In this document: positions 41,905-51,888 of the stretch, piece after piece
How positions within the stretch are numbered: the stretch's first letter is position 1
How the letters are laid out: each line of letters starts with the position of its first letter
NCBI GenBank assembly: GCA_030599585.1
Contig: JAUVNS010000008.1
Coordinates: 64,001 to 128,000 of the forward strand
Origin: Promethearchaeota archaeon
Lineage (GTDB): Archaea; Asgardarchaeota; Lokiarchaeia; Sigyniarchaeales; SOKP01
Length of the DNA: 64,000 bases
Direction: 5' to 3'
Position numbers and translations under genes: made by a program
Notes under the pieces: model-generated
Told to the model about the DNA's origin: nothing
What the model saw: only the letters and a program-made list of their open reading frames with translations
The model's database searches: none

Positions 41905-44900
41905 CTACATCGTTTCCCTATAAATATCTACAATTTTCTCTTTTCGAGATTTATTTAGTAATACTTTCATTCCTACTAGAGTAAAAATTATCGATATGGT
42001 AAAAATTACTAACATATCTGTTAATGGAAATACGGGTATATTTGGTAAGCCGCTAGTTAGATTCATAGACACACTTAGAAGTAGACTAGTAGCCCAACCT
42101 ACGAGGACACCTACTGTTCCACTACTTAACATAATAATTAACGACTCTATAATAAACATTCTTCCGATTTCTTTCCCTTTTAAACCTAAGGTTCTAATGA
42201 TGCCTATTTCTTTTTTTCTTTCAATAATTGTTGAATAAGAAGACGATAGTAATCCAAATAAACAGATAATTACAGTCGCATTCAAAGTCATAGAGAAAAA
42301 CACGGTAATAATTGTGAAAAATAATTGTTGTTGTGCAATCATTTGTTGTAAACTAGTTATCTCAAAATCAAAAGAGTTCTCATTTTCCCTTGTCAGTTTA
42401 TTCATGATAATCTGTAATGAACTTTGGGCATTCAGATTGAGTTTAATAAAAATCTTATCTAAGTATGGAATTGGGGGAATATCCATAATAATCATATAAG
42501 TTTCTTGAGAAATCATAACTCCACCCATATTAGCCGTTGCGGCCGATCTTCCAAATTTTCCAGAAAAGCCTGGCATAGATGCTGCTACTCCAACTATTTT
42601 AAATGTATAAATTTCAGACTCATCCCCCCTCTGTATTGCCATCCGAATAATGTCTCCAAGATACATATCCATACTTAAAGAAATACTCTCTGATATGATA
42701 CAGGTATAGAGCGGTTGTTCATTGAACAATTGTTCGAAAGATAGTTTGATTTCTCCCTGTGTAAATTCCATGTATTTATTGTTGACCGTAGACGGATAAA
42801 TTTCATCGACGCCTATTAGGCTTATTTCTTGTGTAGTTAAACCCGCGTAATCCCCAATCTCCGCTGTAAATTCTTTACCTTCTTCAGAATAAATTTGTGT
42901 TAAATGGTAAGGGCTGGCAATAACTGAGGATATCCTCTCGATACCATCAATTTTTAATAATTCTTCCTCGAAACTGCTCGTGAGGATTCTATTTGGATTT
43001 ACAGGAAAGCCATTATCTTGACTTGTTTTAAGTCCATTGACAGAGGTGCTAAGAAAATCACCACCCTCACCCCCACCCCCAAATAAGTTAAAACTTTCTA
43101 CTTCTTCAGGTTCAAGCCATCCTTCTGTTTCTATTACTAAATCTGAGCCAAAATTCAGGTTAGCACTTACTACGCTCTCGTTCGCTAAGAAGTTAAATAC
43201 ACTCGCAGTAAATATTACAAATGAAAAAGTAAATGCAAAAGTTATTATCGTGCTTGAGTTCCTTCTGACATATCTAAATATAAAGATTTTATATACTGGT
43301 GCTATTTTTTTGGTAAATACTTGAAAAAAACTAATGAACATTCTTAAAATTAAAGGTAAAAGGCCCAATCCTGCCAATGTCATTCCGATCAAAAATACTA
43401 ATAACAAAGCTATTAGTGTTCCGGACATCAAAGCAGCGTCTCCCGTATTTAATATCCTAGGGATAACAAACATTACAAATGCTCCATTGGCGGCCAATAT
43501 AATACCAACTATTAAAAGCTTATAGTTTACAGAAGCCTTTTTTTTAAGTTTATATAACACATCCTCCTTACGATATGGATGGATAGATTCTATTAATTGG
43601 AGTTGCATAACTTTAACAGCAGGGGAGATACTAACAATAAGCCCTACACTTATTCCAATGATATAAGCAATTAAAAAAGACCAAATTGTCGACGAGAAAG
43701 TTATATTTCCTGCTAAACCGGGAATCGATTCCGCTACAACACTCCCTGCTATCGGAAGTACGATATATTGAGTTCCTAATTGAGCCAGAATCAAACCTAA
43801 TATCGTTCCAATATTACATAGCAACAATCCTTGTACTAAAACTATTATTAAATTATAACGCTTGGTTGCTCCCAGTGTTCTAAAGATTCCAAATTCTCTT
43901 ATACGTTCCTCAACAGAAGTTTTTAAAATTCCGTTGATTAAAACACCAGATATTAACATAGAGATCATTGTGACAAATACAAAAATTATCGTCAACCCGA
44001 CGCTAAACATTTCAGAATAACCTAAGATGTCTAATTTGGGTAAGTTTATAGTATACTCGTTTAATCCGATTAGTAGTTGAACTTTCCCCGCTAATTTCTT
44101 GACCCGTTTTTCCGAACCATCGATATCCCTTGCGTCATACAAACTTTCCTCGTCTTTTAAAGTTAAAATTAATTCGTTACATTTTCCATTGAATGTTGTG
44201 TTGCCAAAGGTATCATAAATTGTATCTATATCAACAACAATCAAGGGTCGGTTCGCAAATACTATTGGCCATTTCAATTGAAAATCAAAAATCCTATGTA
44301 TGGTAAAATTTTTCACTCTGTAATAGGATGTATTTCCGTGCCATATTCCCATTCTAATTTCAATTGTATCGTTCTCAGCGTATTTAATTTCGTCGTTTAA
44401 GCCATAATATATAGCACATTGATCCAAAGCTAAATTGGAAATCGCTAACAAATCGTTAGTATCAGGCTTTAAAAAACTCCCAAATTGAAGTTGGTTTTCT
44501 AATTCAAAATCGATACCCGATATAATAACATTTCTCCTTTTATTTTCTAATTCTTGGGTTTCAAAACCCTTAGAATAGTTAACATTTCCCCATAGACTCA
44601 TCCTAGGAATAAAGGATTCAACTTCTTCTATATTATTTCCAATTGTTTCTATTACTGGCTGATAACTGAAATAATTCGACCGATTATAAGGTTCGCCGTT
44701 ATAATGTCTTACGGAAACATTAAAATCTTGTTGACCTGCATCAATACTAAGATAATCAATGAAAGTGACTGCTATAGAATCTGATAAAAATAGAATTAAC
44801 GCTAGAAGTCCAATAGAAACTGTAATTCCTAATACCCCAACAAAGGTCCTGGTCTTGTGACGGACGAAATCTTTTAAGGCGTATTTAAATACTATTTTTA

Positions 44901-44910
44901 TGTTAGTCAT
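41905..44910 (-). CDS. Double FtsX/MacB-type ABC permease (paralogue of 30136-33102)
   Basis: ERIREFGIFRTLG and ERKKEIGIIRTLG FtsX motifs. Confidence 0.9.
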   Translation of the reverse strand: MTNIKIVFKYALKDFVRHKTRTFVGVLGITVSIGLLALILFLSDSIAVTFIDYLSIDAGQQDFNVSVRHYNGEPYNRSNYFSYQPVIETIGNNIEEVESFIPRMSLWGNVNYSKGFETQELENKRRNVIISGIDFELENQLQFGSFLKPDTNDLLAISNLALDQCAIYYGLNDEIKYAENDTIEIRMGIWHGNTSYYRVKNFTIHRIFDFQLKWPIVFANRPLIVVDIDTIYDTFGNTTFNGKCNELILTLKDEESLYDARDIDGSEKRVKKLAGKVQLLIGLNEYTINLPKLDILGYSEMFSVGLTIIFVFVTMISMLISGVLINGILKTSVEERIREFGIFRTLGATKRYNLIIVLVQGLLLCNIGTILGLILAQLGTQYIVLPIAGSVVAESIPGLAGNITFSSTIWSFLIAYIIGISVGLIVSISPAVKVMQLQLIESIHPYRKEDVLYKLKKKASVNYKLLIVGIILAANGAFVMFVIPRILNTGDAALMSGTLIALLLVFLIGMTLAGLGLLPLILRMFISFFQVFTKKIAPVYKIFIFRYVRRNSSTIITFAFTFSFVIFTASVFNFLANESVVSANLNFGSDLVIETEGWLEPEEVESFNLFGGGGEGGDFLSTSVNGLKTSQDNGFPVNPNRILTSSFEEELLKIDGIERISSVIASPYHLTQIYSEEGKEFTAEIGDYAGLTTQEISLIGVDEIYPSTVNNKYMEFTQGEIKLSFEQLFNEQPLYTCIISESISLSMDMYLGDIIRMAIQRGDESEIYTFKIVGVAASMPGFSGKFGRSAATANMGGVMISQETYMIIMDIPPIPYLDKIFIKLNLNAQSSLQIIMNKLTRENENSFDFEITSLQQMIAQQQLFFTIITVFFSMTLNATVIICLFGLLSSSYSTIIERKKEIGIIRTLGLKGKEIGRMFIIESLIIMLSSGTVGVLVGWATSLLLSVSMNLTSGLPNIPVFPLTDMLVIFTISIIFTLVGMKVLLNKSRKEKIVDIYRETM

Positions 44911-44960
44911 TCGAATTATTGCGATAAAACGTACTTTTATAATAAAATAGATGAATTATA

Positions 44961-46139
44961 TCAATCTAAAATTAATTCGTCTCCCGAAATTTGTCCACTA
45001 ATATTATTTTCTTCTATAAGTTCATCCAAAATATCGTTAAAATGCTCTGGAAGGTTTGAAACGATCGGAATTGGGATGCTATTTTTAATATCACTAACTT
45101 TTATATTGGTTTTACCTTGAGACGCATACAAGTATTTAAATATCAGACTCTTGCATTTTTCCTTATTAATTTCGGCGTCCGTTTTCCTTTTATACTGCAT
45201 AATTTCTGTTTCTTTTAGGCCTCCAATTTTCCCCTCGTGAGTTAATTTACCATCTCTCATGTGATAAACTTTACTAGCGAATTCAGAAACCGCAGCATCG
45301 TGAGAAACCGATATAAATGTTGCTCCTTTTTTATTTAAATCTCTAATAAGATTCAAAATCATAATACCGGTCTTGGAGTCTAAGTCACCCGTCGGTTCGT
45401 CGAGAATTACTATGGCTGGATCGTTTGCAAATGCTCTTGCAATCGCTACCCTTTGTTGTTCTCCACCACTTAATTCTGATGGCGTATGGTGAGAACGTTC
45501 ATCCAATCCTACGAGGCTTAGTAAATCCATAGCTTTTTTTCTCTTACCTCTTTTACTTAACTTCCCAGAAAAATGTAAAGGGACCATCACATTTTCTAAA
45601 GCTGTCATCTGTGGTAGTAAATTATAGAATTGAAATACAAAGCCAATACTTTCTCTTCTTATTTCTGCTAAATCGTTGTCATTAAGCATAGATATATTAC
45701 GCCCTTCCAAGTAAATTTTTCCCCTCGTAGGTGTATCCAATCCGCCTACTAGGTTCAAAAGTGTTGTTTTGCCACTTCCTGAAGGACCCATTATATCTAT
45801 AAAATTTCCTTTATCAATCGTTAAATCAACGCCGCGTAGGGCCGCCACGGCTGTGGTTCCAAGTAAATATGTCTTGTGCAAGTTCTCAACAACAATTAAA
45901 TGGTCATAATCTCTGCCTACTTCTTTTTCTTGTTTTAATTCTAATTTGATTTTCTTTCTTTCTTCACGAGAGAGGGTAAGTGATTCCATTTTCTGCTTTT
46001 TTAATGTATTTTTTTGTTTTTTCATTTGCCATTTTCGAAAATCTTTACTTTCGTTTCCCTTCCATATCGCAAGTTTTCCAGTTTCGTTTTCGTATTCATC
46101 CATTTCCGGAGACTTTTTAACAATTCTTCTTTCAGACAT
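44961..46139 (-). CDS. LolD/MacB-type ABC ATPase with N- and C-terminal extensions
   Basis: GPSGSGKT, FVFQFYNLL, LSGGEQQRVAIARA, DEPTGDLD and SH motifs. About 80 aa extra at the N-terminus and about 85 aa extra at the C-terminus. Confidence 0.93.
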   Translation of the reverse strand: MSERRIVKKSPEMDEYENETGKLAIWKGNESKDFRKWQMKKQKNTLKKQKMESLTLSREERKKIKLELKQEKEVGRDYDHLIVVENLHKTYLLGTTAVAALRGVDLTIDKGNFIDIMGPSGSGKTTLLNLVGGLDTPTRGKIYLEGRNISMLNDNDLAEIRRESIGFVFQFYNLLPQMTALENVMVPLHFSGKLSKRGKRKKAMDLLSLVGLDERSHHTPSELSGGEQQRVAIARAFANDPAIVILDEPTGDLDSKTGIMILNLIRDLNKKGATFISVSHDAAVSEFASKVYHMRDGKLTHEGKIGGLKETEIMQYKRKTDAEINKEKCKSLIFKYLYASQGKTNIKVSDIKNSIPIPIVSNLPEHFNDILDELIEENNISGQISGDELILD

Positions 46140-46314
46140 TAAGTTTAACCCCTTTTTGAGTATAGAAATATAAATTATAGAACAAATACTAATATAATCA
46201 TAACTGCAGTAGAATTAGAAGTATTAGGAATGTTTTAAACCTTAAGATTCTATTATATTCGAACATCTAATAAATATAATTTTAGATATATGATGATTGA
46301 AATAGGAGTGAAAT

Positions 46315-47037
46315 TCATTTTCCTTCTAGGTATTTTAAAATTTTTAGACTAATATTTTTCTCAGCATCTTTATGTGTTCTAAATATTTCTGATTTTAAGT
46401 TATTAGGTAGTTTAATCAGCTCTTTCTGGTTATTATCAACTATTTCTGGGTTTTTCGCGACCCAATGAGTATCATTATCTGGACCTAGCTTTTCATAATC
46501 AAACTTTATCGTAGGTGTTATCTTGAATTTATTCTGTAAATATTCTAGAAGCTGGTTTTTGTATAAGTGTGGTGATTCCTTTATTAACAATTCCCAATCA
46601 GTTATAAATCTATCAATAATTATTTTTTCAACAACTTGTAAATTATTCCCTGAATCGATAAAAATCGCTCCACATATCGCTTCGAATATGTCTGCAAGTA
46701 TCGAACTGTCTTTTACTCTTTGCTTTTTTGAGGAAAAAATGTATTTCCACAATTCCATTCCCATCGCTATTTTATGAAAAGTTTGATTATCCTCTAAGCG
46801 TAGTTTAGTTTTAGTTAAGTTGCCAGGGTCAATTTCACCTTTACTATAGAGCTTCAAACTAAAGAGTAATTTGATTACAGCATCTCCAAGTGTTTCGAGG
46901 ATCTGATAAGAAGAAGTGTTATTTTCGTTAGCAAATTGGGATGTAGTTAAGGCTTGAAGCAGTATTTCTGGTTTATTAAAACGATAATTTATAAAATCTT
47001 GAAATTGATTTAGTATCTTTTCTGTAATCTTATTCAT
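46315..47037 (-). CDS. rnc: Ribonuclease III family protein
   Basis: LLQALT, SYQILETLGDAVI (signature ERLEFLGD), ADIFEAICGAIFID and YKNQLLEYLQ (start of a dsRBD-like region). Confidence 0.85.
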   Translation of the reverse strand: MNKITEKILNQFQDFINYRFNKPEILLQALTTSQFANENNTSSYQILETLGDAVIKLLFSLKLYSKGEIDPGNLTKTKLRLEDNQTFHKIAMGMELWKYIFSSKKQRVKDSSILADIFEAICGAIFIDSGNNLQVVEKIIIDRFITDWELLIKESPHLYKNQLLEYLQNKFKITPTIKFDYEKLGPDNDTHWVAKNPEIVDNNQKELIKLPNNLKSEIFRTHKDAEKNISLKILKYLEGK

Positions 47038-47091
47038 ACTTATATAAAATGAAGGGATAAATTTAAAAATTTAAATAAAGTTAGTTAGTAT

Positions 47092-47523
47092 ATGGAGCGA
47101 GAAAACATATTAAAAGCTCTTTCACTTATAGAAGACTTCGAGCAAAAAAATGTAGAAATAGATGAAATTCTTTCAAACTTGCCGATATTCTCTCGTATTG
47201 AACTTCTTCAGGAGATCACTCGAGATATTATTGAACAGAATAGTATTATTAAAGAACATGGATTTCCTAAGGAAAATATCTGTGATCCCGAATCGTCAAA
47301 TCAAGAGGTCTCATCAATAAATATATTAATTGATAATCTCGTTTCAACTATTCAAAAAAACCCTTCCAAGAAAGTGCTCTATTTAAGGTTATTCCTTGAT
47401 AAATTTAAAGATATTTCTGATCAAGATAAAAATGTTGTTATTCAGTCTATAAAAGATGAAGATTCTAAAGGTTTAAAAGAAAAAATATTATCTATTTTAA
47501 AAGTATTCAAATTGGAAGGATGA
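47092..47523 (+). CDS. Hypothetical helical protein
   Basis: 143-aa ORF filling the gap, with plausible composition. Confidence 0.6.
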   Translation: MERENILKALSLIEDFEQKNVEIDEILSNLPIFSRIELLQEITRDIIEQNSIIKEHGFPKENICDPESSNQEVSSINILIDNLVSTIQKNPSKKVLYLRLFLDKFKDISDQDKNVVIQSIKDEDSKGLKEKILSILKVFKLEG

Positions 47524-47590
47524 ATAGAAAAAAATAGATTTTATATGTTATCGATTTTAATTACTATACCCTGTTTGAACTTGTCTTATC

Positions 47591-48004
47591 CTATGCAGGT
47601 TCAACTTCATATTCAAACAGTTTCATTAAAATTAGAACATTTTTAATACTTTTTATTTTGATCCGGAAAGTGATGACTTTCCAAATAATTGATCCTATTG
47701 AAATATCATCCCCTCCCAAGATGTCTGCAAACACATTGGTTTTTGTTTCTATAAAACCATCCCAACCGAGAGCTTTTTTCGATATGCTCGATTTTGGGTT
47801 GTTTTCAATGCCCTCAACATAGATTTTACCCTTTTCTATCACTAGAAGGGCAGCTTGTTTTCCATCTTTGGGGTTTAAAAGAATTTTGATTAAAGAATCC
47901 TTATAATCTTCTTTAAATTGCTCGATTGTGTTAAGAACTTCTACTTCTTTAGCCACAACCTTAGCTATTCCTTTTAACCGCTTCTTTTTTTCTTCTTCAT
48001 TCAT
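47591..48004 (-). CDS. SCP2 sterol/lipid-carrier-like protein
   Basis: LVIEKGKIYV...DGFIET..VFADILGG...RIKIK pattern resembles the SCP2 fold. Confidence 0.5.
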   Translation of the reverse strand: MNEEEKKKRLKGIAKVVAKEVEVLNTIEQFKEDYKDSLIKILLNPKDGKQAALLVIEKGKIYVEGIENNPKSSISKKALGWDGFIETKTNVFADILGGDDISIGSIIWKVITFRIKIKSIKNVLILMKLFEYEVEPA

Positions 48005-48162
48005 AGCTAATCATTTTTACATTAATGTAAAATAGCGATACCTTAATTTCCTATCCTAATAAGTCTAATAATAGTAAAATATCTATAAAATTGTCTTTTT
48101 TAATGTTTAAATCTAAGAAGAAGAATGATTCTCATTCGGAGAGATGTTATCGCTCCGTGAGG

Positions 48163-48417
48163 TTAATAACTCTCAGCACCACCAGCATCAAAGAATTCTT
48201 CAAAAGCTTTTCTATCCTGGGCAGAAATTTTGGTATTACCCATAGTTTCTTTTACAACTATAGGAGCCGACTCCTTCTCGTCGTGTCTGATTTTTTTAAC
48301 TATCTTAAAATCATCTGGTTCGGCTTCTAAATCGAATTCTTTATCGCAAGCTTTGCAATATAATTTATTGTTTTTTGTCGGAATGATGAAATTATCACAA
48401 TCTGGGCAGAACTTCAT
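48163..48417 (-). CDS. RpoM/TFS-like protein with N-terminal Zn ribbon only (84 aa)
   Basis: MKFCPDCDNFIIP...LYCKACD matches the TFS/Rpb9 N-ribbon. The ATG at 48417 is more plausible than the track start at 48492. No C-terminal ribbon or ADE hairpin. Confidence 0.75.
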   Translation of the reverse strand: MKFCPDCDNFIIPTKNNKLYCKACDKEFDLEAEPDDFKIVKKIRHDEKESAPIVVKETMGNTKISAQDRKAFEEFFDAGGAESY

Positions 48418-48751
48418 GGTTTCGATTATCACTAATTTTTCGTTTTTTACTTTTTTAATCCTTAAGTGTCTTGTATAATCTTCTATCGTCAATTAATATG
48501 TAAAATAGTTAACATTTATAAATTTAATGGCGTCCAATGAGAAAAGTTGAGTTCAGATATTTAAACATTTCTATTACGTTATTATTGTATAACAAATGAA
48601 AAGGTTAGGATAGTTTAATTTATACAAGTGAAGGGTATGAGAAGTTATATGTTTATATTCAATCGATTTAAATTTAGCAAAAATACATATTTAATTAAAA
48701 AGTAATATTAAATTTTCTCAGCAAATGTAATTTTTAAGTGAGTTTTATACA

Positions 48752-49486
48752 ATGAGCCATTCGAAAAATCAAATTTTAATTATGGGACATCGTGGAGCAA
48801 GTATAATTGTTCCCGAAAATACTTTAAAAGCTTTTGAAAAAGCTATTGATCTTAAAGCGGATTTTATTGAGTTTGATGTTCAAGAAACCCTTGATGGAGA
48901 GTTGGTGATAACTCACGACGAAGATATTAAAAGAATAACTGGTCAGGATGGAATAATCTCTAAAATGACTCTCAATGAATTAAAAATGTTGGATTTTGGT
49001 GAAGGTGAAAAGATTCCTACATTGGAAGAATTAGTTAAATTAACAAAAAATAGGATTAAATTAAATTGTGAAATCAAGGTTAAAGGAATAACTGAAAAGG
49101 TGATAAAAATTTTTCGAAAATGGGATATTCTCAACACAACTATAGTGAGTTCTTTTATCCATGAAGAACTCTTGGCTATTCAAAAATTAGCACCTTCGGT
49201 AAGATTAGCGTCACTTGAACCAACTCCCGGGACAATAAAAATCGATTGGGTTAGAAAGAAGGAGATGATCGAATACTGTATTAACAATAAATTTTACGCA
49301 ATAAATCCAATTGTTATGATGGTAGATCAGCAGTTCATTGATTATGCCCATGCGAATGATATTAAGGTCTTTCCTTGGACAGTTGATTCGAGAATATCTA
49401 TAAAAAAACTCATAAGACTGGGTGCTGATGGGATAATAACTAATGATATCACTAAAGTAAAAGATATTATTAAATCATTTTCTTAA
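48752..49486 (+). CDS. Glycerophosphodiester phosphodiesterase
   Basis: GHRGAS, PENT, EFDV, HD, EIK, WTV and GIITN motifs. Confidence 0.95.
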   Translation: MSHSKNQILIMGHRGASIIVPENTLKAFEKAIDLKADFIEFDVQETLDGELVITHDEDIKRITGQDGIISKMTLNELKMLDFGEGEKIPTLEELVKLTKNRIKLNCEIKVKGITEKVIKIFRKWDILNTTIVSSFIHEELLAIQKLAPSVRLASLEPTPGTIKIDWVRKKEMIEYCINNKFYAINPIVMMVDQQFIDYAHANDIKVFPWTVDSRISIKKLIRLGADGIITNDITKVKDIIKSFS

Positions 49487-49534
49487 AAATTAAGATTAGA
49501 AGAGGTAATACTCACGAAAGAAAAAAATGTTGAT

Positions 49535-50233
49535 GTGCTTGTAATCGGACACAAGGGCGCGAGCTCAATAGCTCCAGAAAACACATTAAAAGCATTTCAG
49601 AAAGCTATTGAATTACATGCGGATTATGTGGAATTTGACTCACATTTAACTAAAGATGGTGAAATTGTCATCATTCATGATGCGGATACGTTTAGTTTAA
49701 CTGGAGTCCATGGTTTGATTAGGGATAAAACCTTAAAAGAAGTAAAGAAGTTAAATGCGGGTGAAGGCGAGCGAATACCCACGTTACAGGAACTCGTAGC
49801 TATTGCTAAAGGCAAAATTGGGCTCCAATTGGAAATAAAATCTACAGGACTCCTTGAAAGGATGGTAAAAATTTTAAGAAAAGAAAATTTAATTCAAAAT
49901 TCTATTGTTAGCTGTTTTATGTTTGATGAACTTTTAAAATTAAAGGAAATCGAGCCGAAATTAAAAATAGGTTTCTTACTACCAGCTGAATTAGTGCGAT
50001 CACGAATAATAAAAAGAAAAATTTTAAAATGTGAAAAAGAGGGTTTTTATGCCATCCATCCACATTTTAATACAGTTGATAAAGAGATTGTTGATTTTGC
50101 TCATACAAACGGTCTTAAAGTTAATGTATGGACTGTAAACGATCGTAATTCTATGAAAAAATTAATCCAAATGGGCGTTGATGGGATAATTACTGATGAT
50201 ATTTCGCTCGCTCTTAAAACAATCAGTTCATAA
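49535..50233 (+). CDS. Glycerophosphodiester phosphodiesterase (tandem paralogue)
   Basis: GHKGAS, PENT, EFD, HD, EIK, WTVN and GIITD motifs. Confidence 0.95.
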   Translation: MLVIGHKGASSIAPENTLKAFQKAIELHADYVEFDSHLTKDGEIVIIHDADTFSLTGVHGLIRDKTLKEVKKLNAGEGERIPTLQELVAIAKGKIGLQLEIKSTGLLERMVKILRKENLIQNSIVSCFMFDELLKLKEIEPKLKIGFLLPAELVRSRIIKRKILKCEKEGFYAIHPHFNTVDKEIVDFAHTNGLKVNVWTVNDRNSMKKLIQMGVDGIITDDISLALKTISS

Positions 50234-50328
50234 AATTATATTAACAACTGAAGTAAACACAATAAAATATTTTAGTCAAGTTCTATTATATTTGTTAATA
50301 ATTATTACGAATTTTTCTTAGTTTAACA

Positions 50329-51816
50329 ATGTCTTCATTACAAAAATCATCTATAGATTTTAAACGATTATTCTTTCCAAGAGCTATCGGTATTATTGGA
50401 GCAAGTCATCATCCTGCAGGTGGTGGTTTTTTTGTTCGATCATTGAAAGGTAAATTCAAAGGAACAACCTATTTATTTAATCCAAGATTAGCTGGAAAAA
50501 CATTACATGGTCAGAAAGTTTACTCATCAATCCTGGAAATTTCTGAACCAATAGATTATGTTATTATTGCGGTTCCTGCACGCCTGGTTCCAAAAGTTTT
50601 AGATGAAGTAGGTCAAAAGTCCGTTCCCTTTTGCACAATTTTCTCTTCAGGATTCCGCGAAGTTGGTAACGAGGATTTAGAAAAAATAACTCTTGAAACA
50701 GCTCGTAAACATAAAATACGTATCATTGGCCCAAATTGTATTGGTGTATATAATCCGAAAGGTGGATTATTTTTTGCTTACGAACAATCCCGTAAGTATG
50801 GAAATTTCGGAGGAATTTTTCAATCAGGAGGAATTGCTCAAAATATATCCCAACTCATAGTATCTTATGGCTTGTATGCATCTAAATTCGTCTCTATAGG
50901 GAATTCCCTCGACTTATCTCCAGTTGAATTTTTAGAATATTTCTTAAAAGACGAGTATACAAAAATTATTGGCTTATACATTGAGAGTCTAAGGAATATT
51001 GAACAAGGAAGAAAATTTATGGATATTGTTAAAGAGTGTAATTTAAACCGTAAACCTATTATTCTTTGGCGGGCAGGATACGGAGAAGCAACTAAAAAAG
51101 CGATATTATCTCACACAGGAGGTTTGGCGGGTAACAACGAAATTTGGAAGGCTGTAGGAAAACAAACTGGGAGTTGCATAGTAAATAACTCAAATGAACT
51201 TGCTGCGTTAGCATCTGCTTTTAATTTAACTCGTTTACCTAATTCACGAAATGTTGGCGTGATTGGTATTGGTGGGGGTTCAACAATAGAAGCGATAGAT
51301 ATTCTAGAAAAGTACAACCTAACAATTCCTCAATTATCAGAGAAAAGTATTAGTAAAATGAAAAGATTCGTCCCTGATGTAAACACTAACTTATCAAATC
51401 CCATAGATCTAGGTGGGATGGGAATTCAACCCAATATCTACTATCGTACGATATTAGCGCTTGATAAAGATCCTAACATTTCTTCTATTATTTTTATTAA
51501 AGATCCCGAGAGATTTGGAGGATTTTCTGACTTAATGGAAGAATTAGGCTACGGAGCATTAGATCTAAATAAAGAATTTATCCGATACATATCAAAAGCG
51601 AAGAGTGTATGTACAAAACCTATGTATTGCGTCATGCTGAAAATCAACGAGGGATTTGAAGAGTATAAAAGTAGATACAAATTCAAGCTAAAATTACTTA
51701 ATCGAAATGTTCCAGTATTTGAATCCTTAGATCTCGCAGGAACTGTTTTGGATAAACTAAATTCGTATCGAGAATTCTTACAAAAGCATAAAAAATATCC
51801 AAAAAGCAAAGATTAA
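50329..51816 (+). CDS. Acyl-CoA synthetase (NDP-forming) alpha-subunit-like protein
   Basis: IIGAS, FSSGFRE, GPNCIG, QSGG, SHTG (phospho-His) and NPIDL motifs. No ATP-grasp domain in this ORF. Confidence 0.88.
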   Translation: MSSLQKSSIDFKRLFFPRAIGIIGASHHPAGGGFFVRSLKGKFKGTTYLFNPRLAGKTLHGQKVYSSILEISEPIDYVIIAVPARLVPKVLDEVGQKSVPFCTIFSSGFREVGNEDLEKITLETARKHKIRIIGPNCIGVYNPKGGLFFAYEQSRKYGNFGGIFQSGGIAQNISQLIVSYGLYASKFVSIGNSLDLSPVEFLEYFLKDEYTKIIGLYIESLRNIEQGRKFMDIVKECNLNRKPIILWRAGYGEATKKAILSHTGGLAGNNEIWKAVGKQTGSCIVNNSNELAALASAFNLTRLPNSRNVGVIGIGGGSTIEAIDILEKYNLTIPQLSEKSISKMKRFVPDVNTNLSNPIDLGGMGIQPNIYYRTILALDKDPNISSIIFIKDPERFGGFSDLMEELGYGALDLNKEFIRYISKAKSVCTKPMYCVMLKINEGFEEYKSRYKFKLKLLNRNVPVFESLDLAGTVLDKLNSYREFLQKHKKYPKSKD

Positions 51817-51888
51817 AATCGTATATTAAAGTTTTATCACGCATACTATTAATTTAACCGTTTTTTAAATTTCCTTTCAGGAATCTTT

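Noticed and set aside
48121-48161. Possible Lokiarchaeal SECIS element (ATGA...GA hairpin)
   Set aside because: The stem after the ATGA/GA core is too short, and I saw no neighbouring gene with an in-frame UGA that needs recoding.
48418-48492. N-terminal extension of the TFS-like ORF in the track
   Set aside because: The family normally starts at MKFC, so the upstream alternative start is probably spurious.
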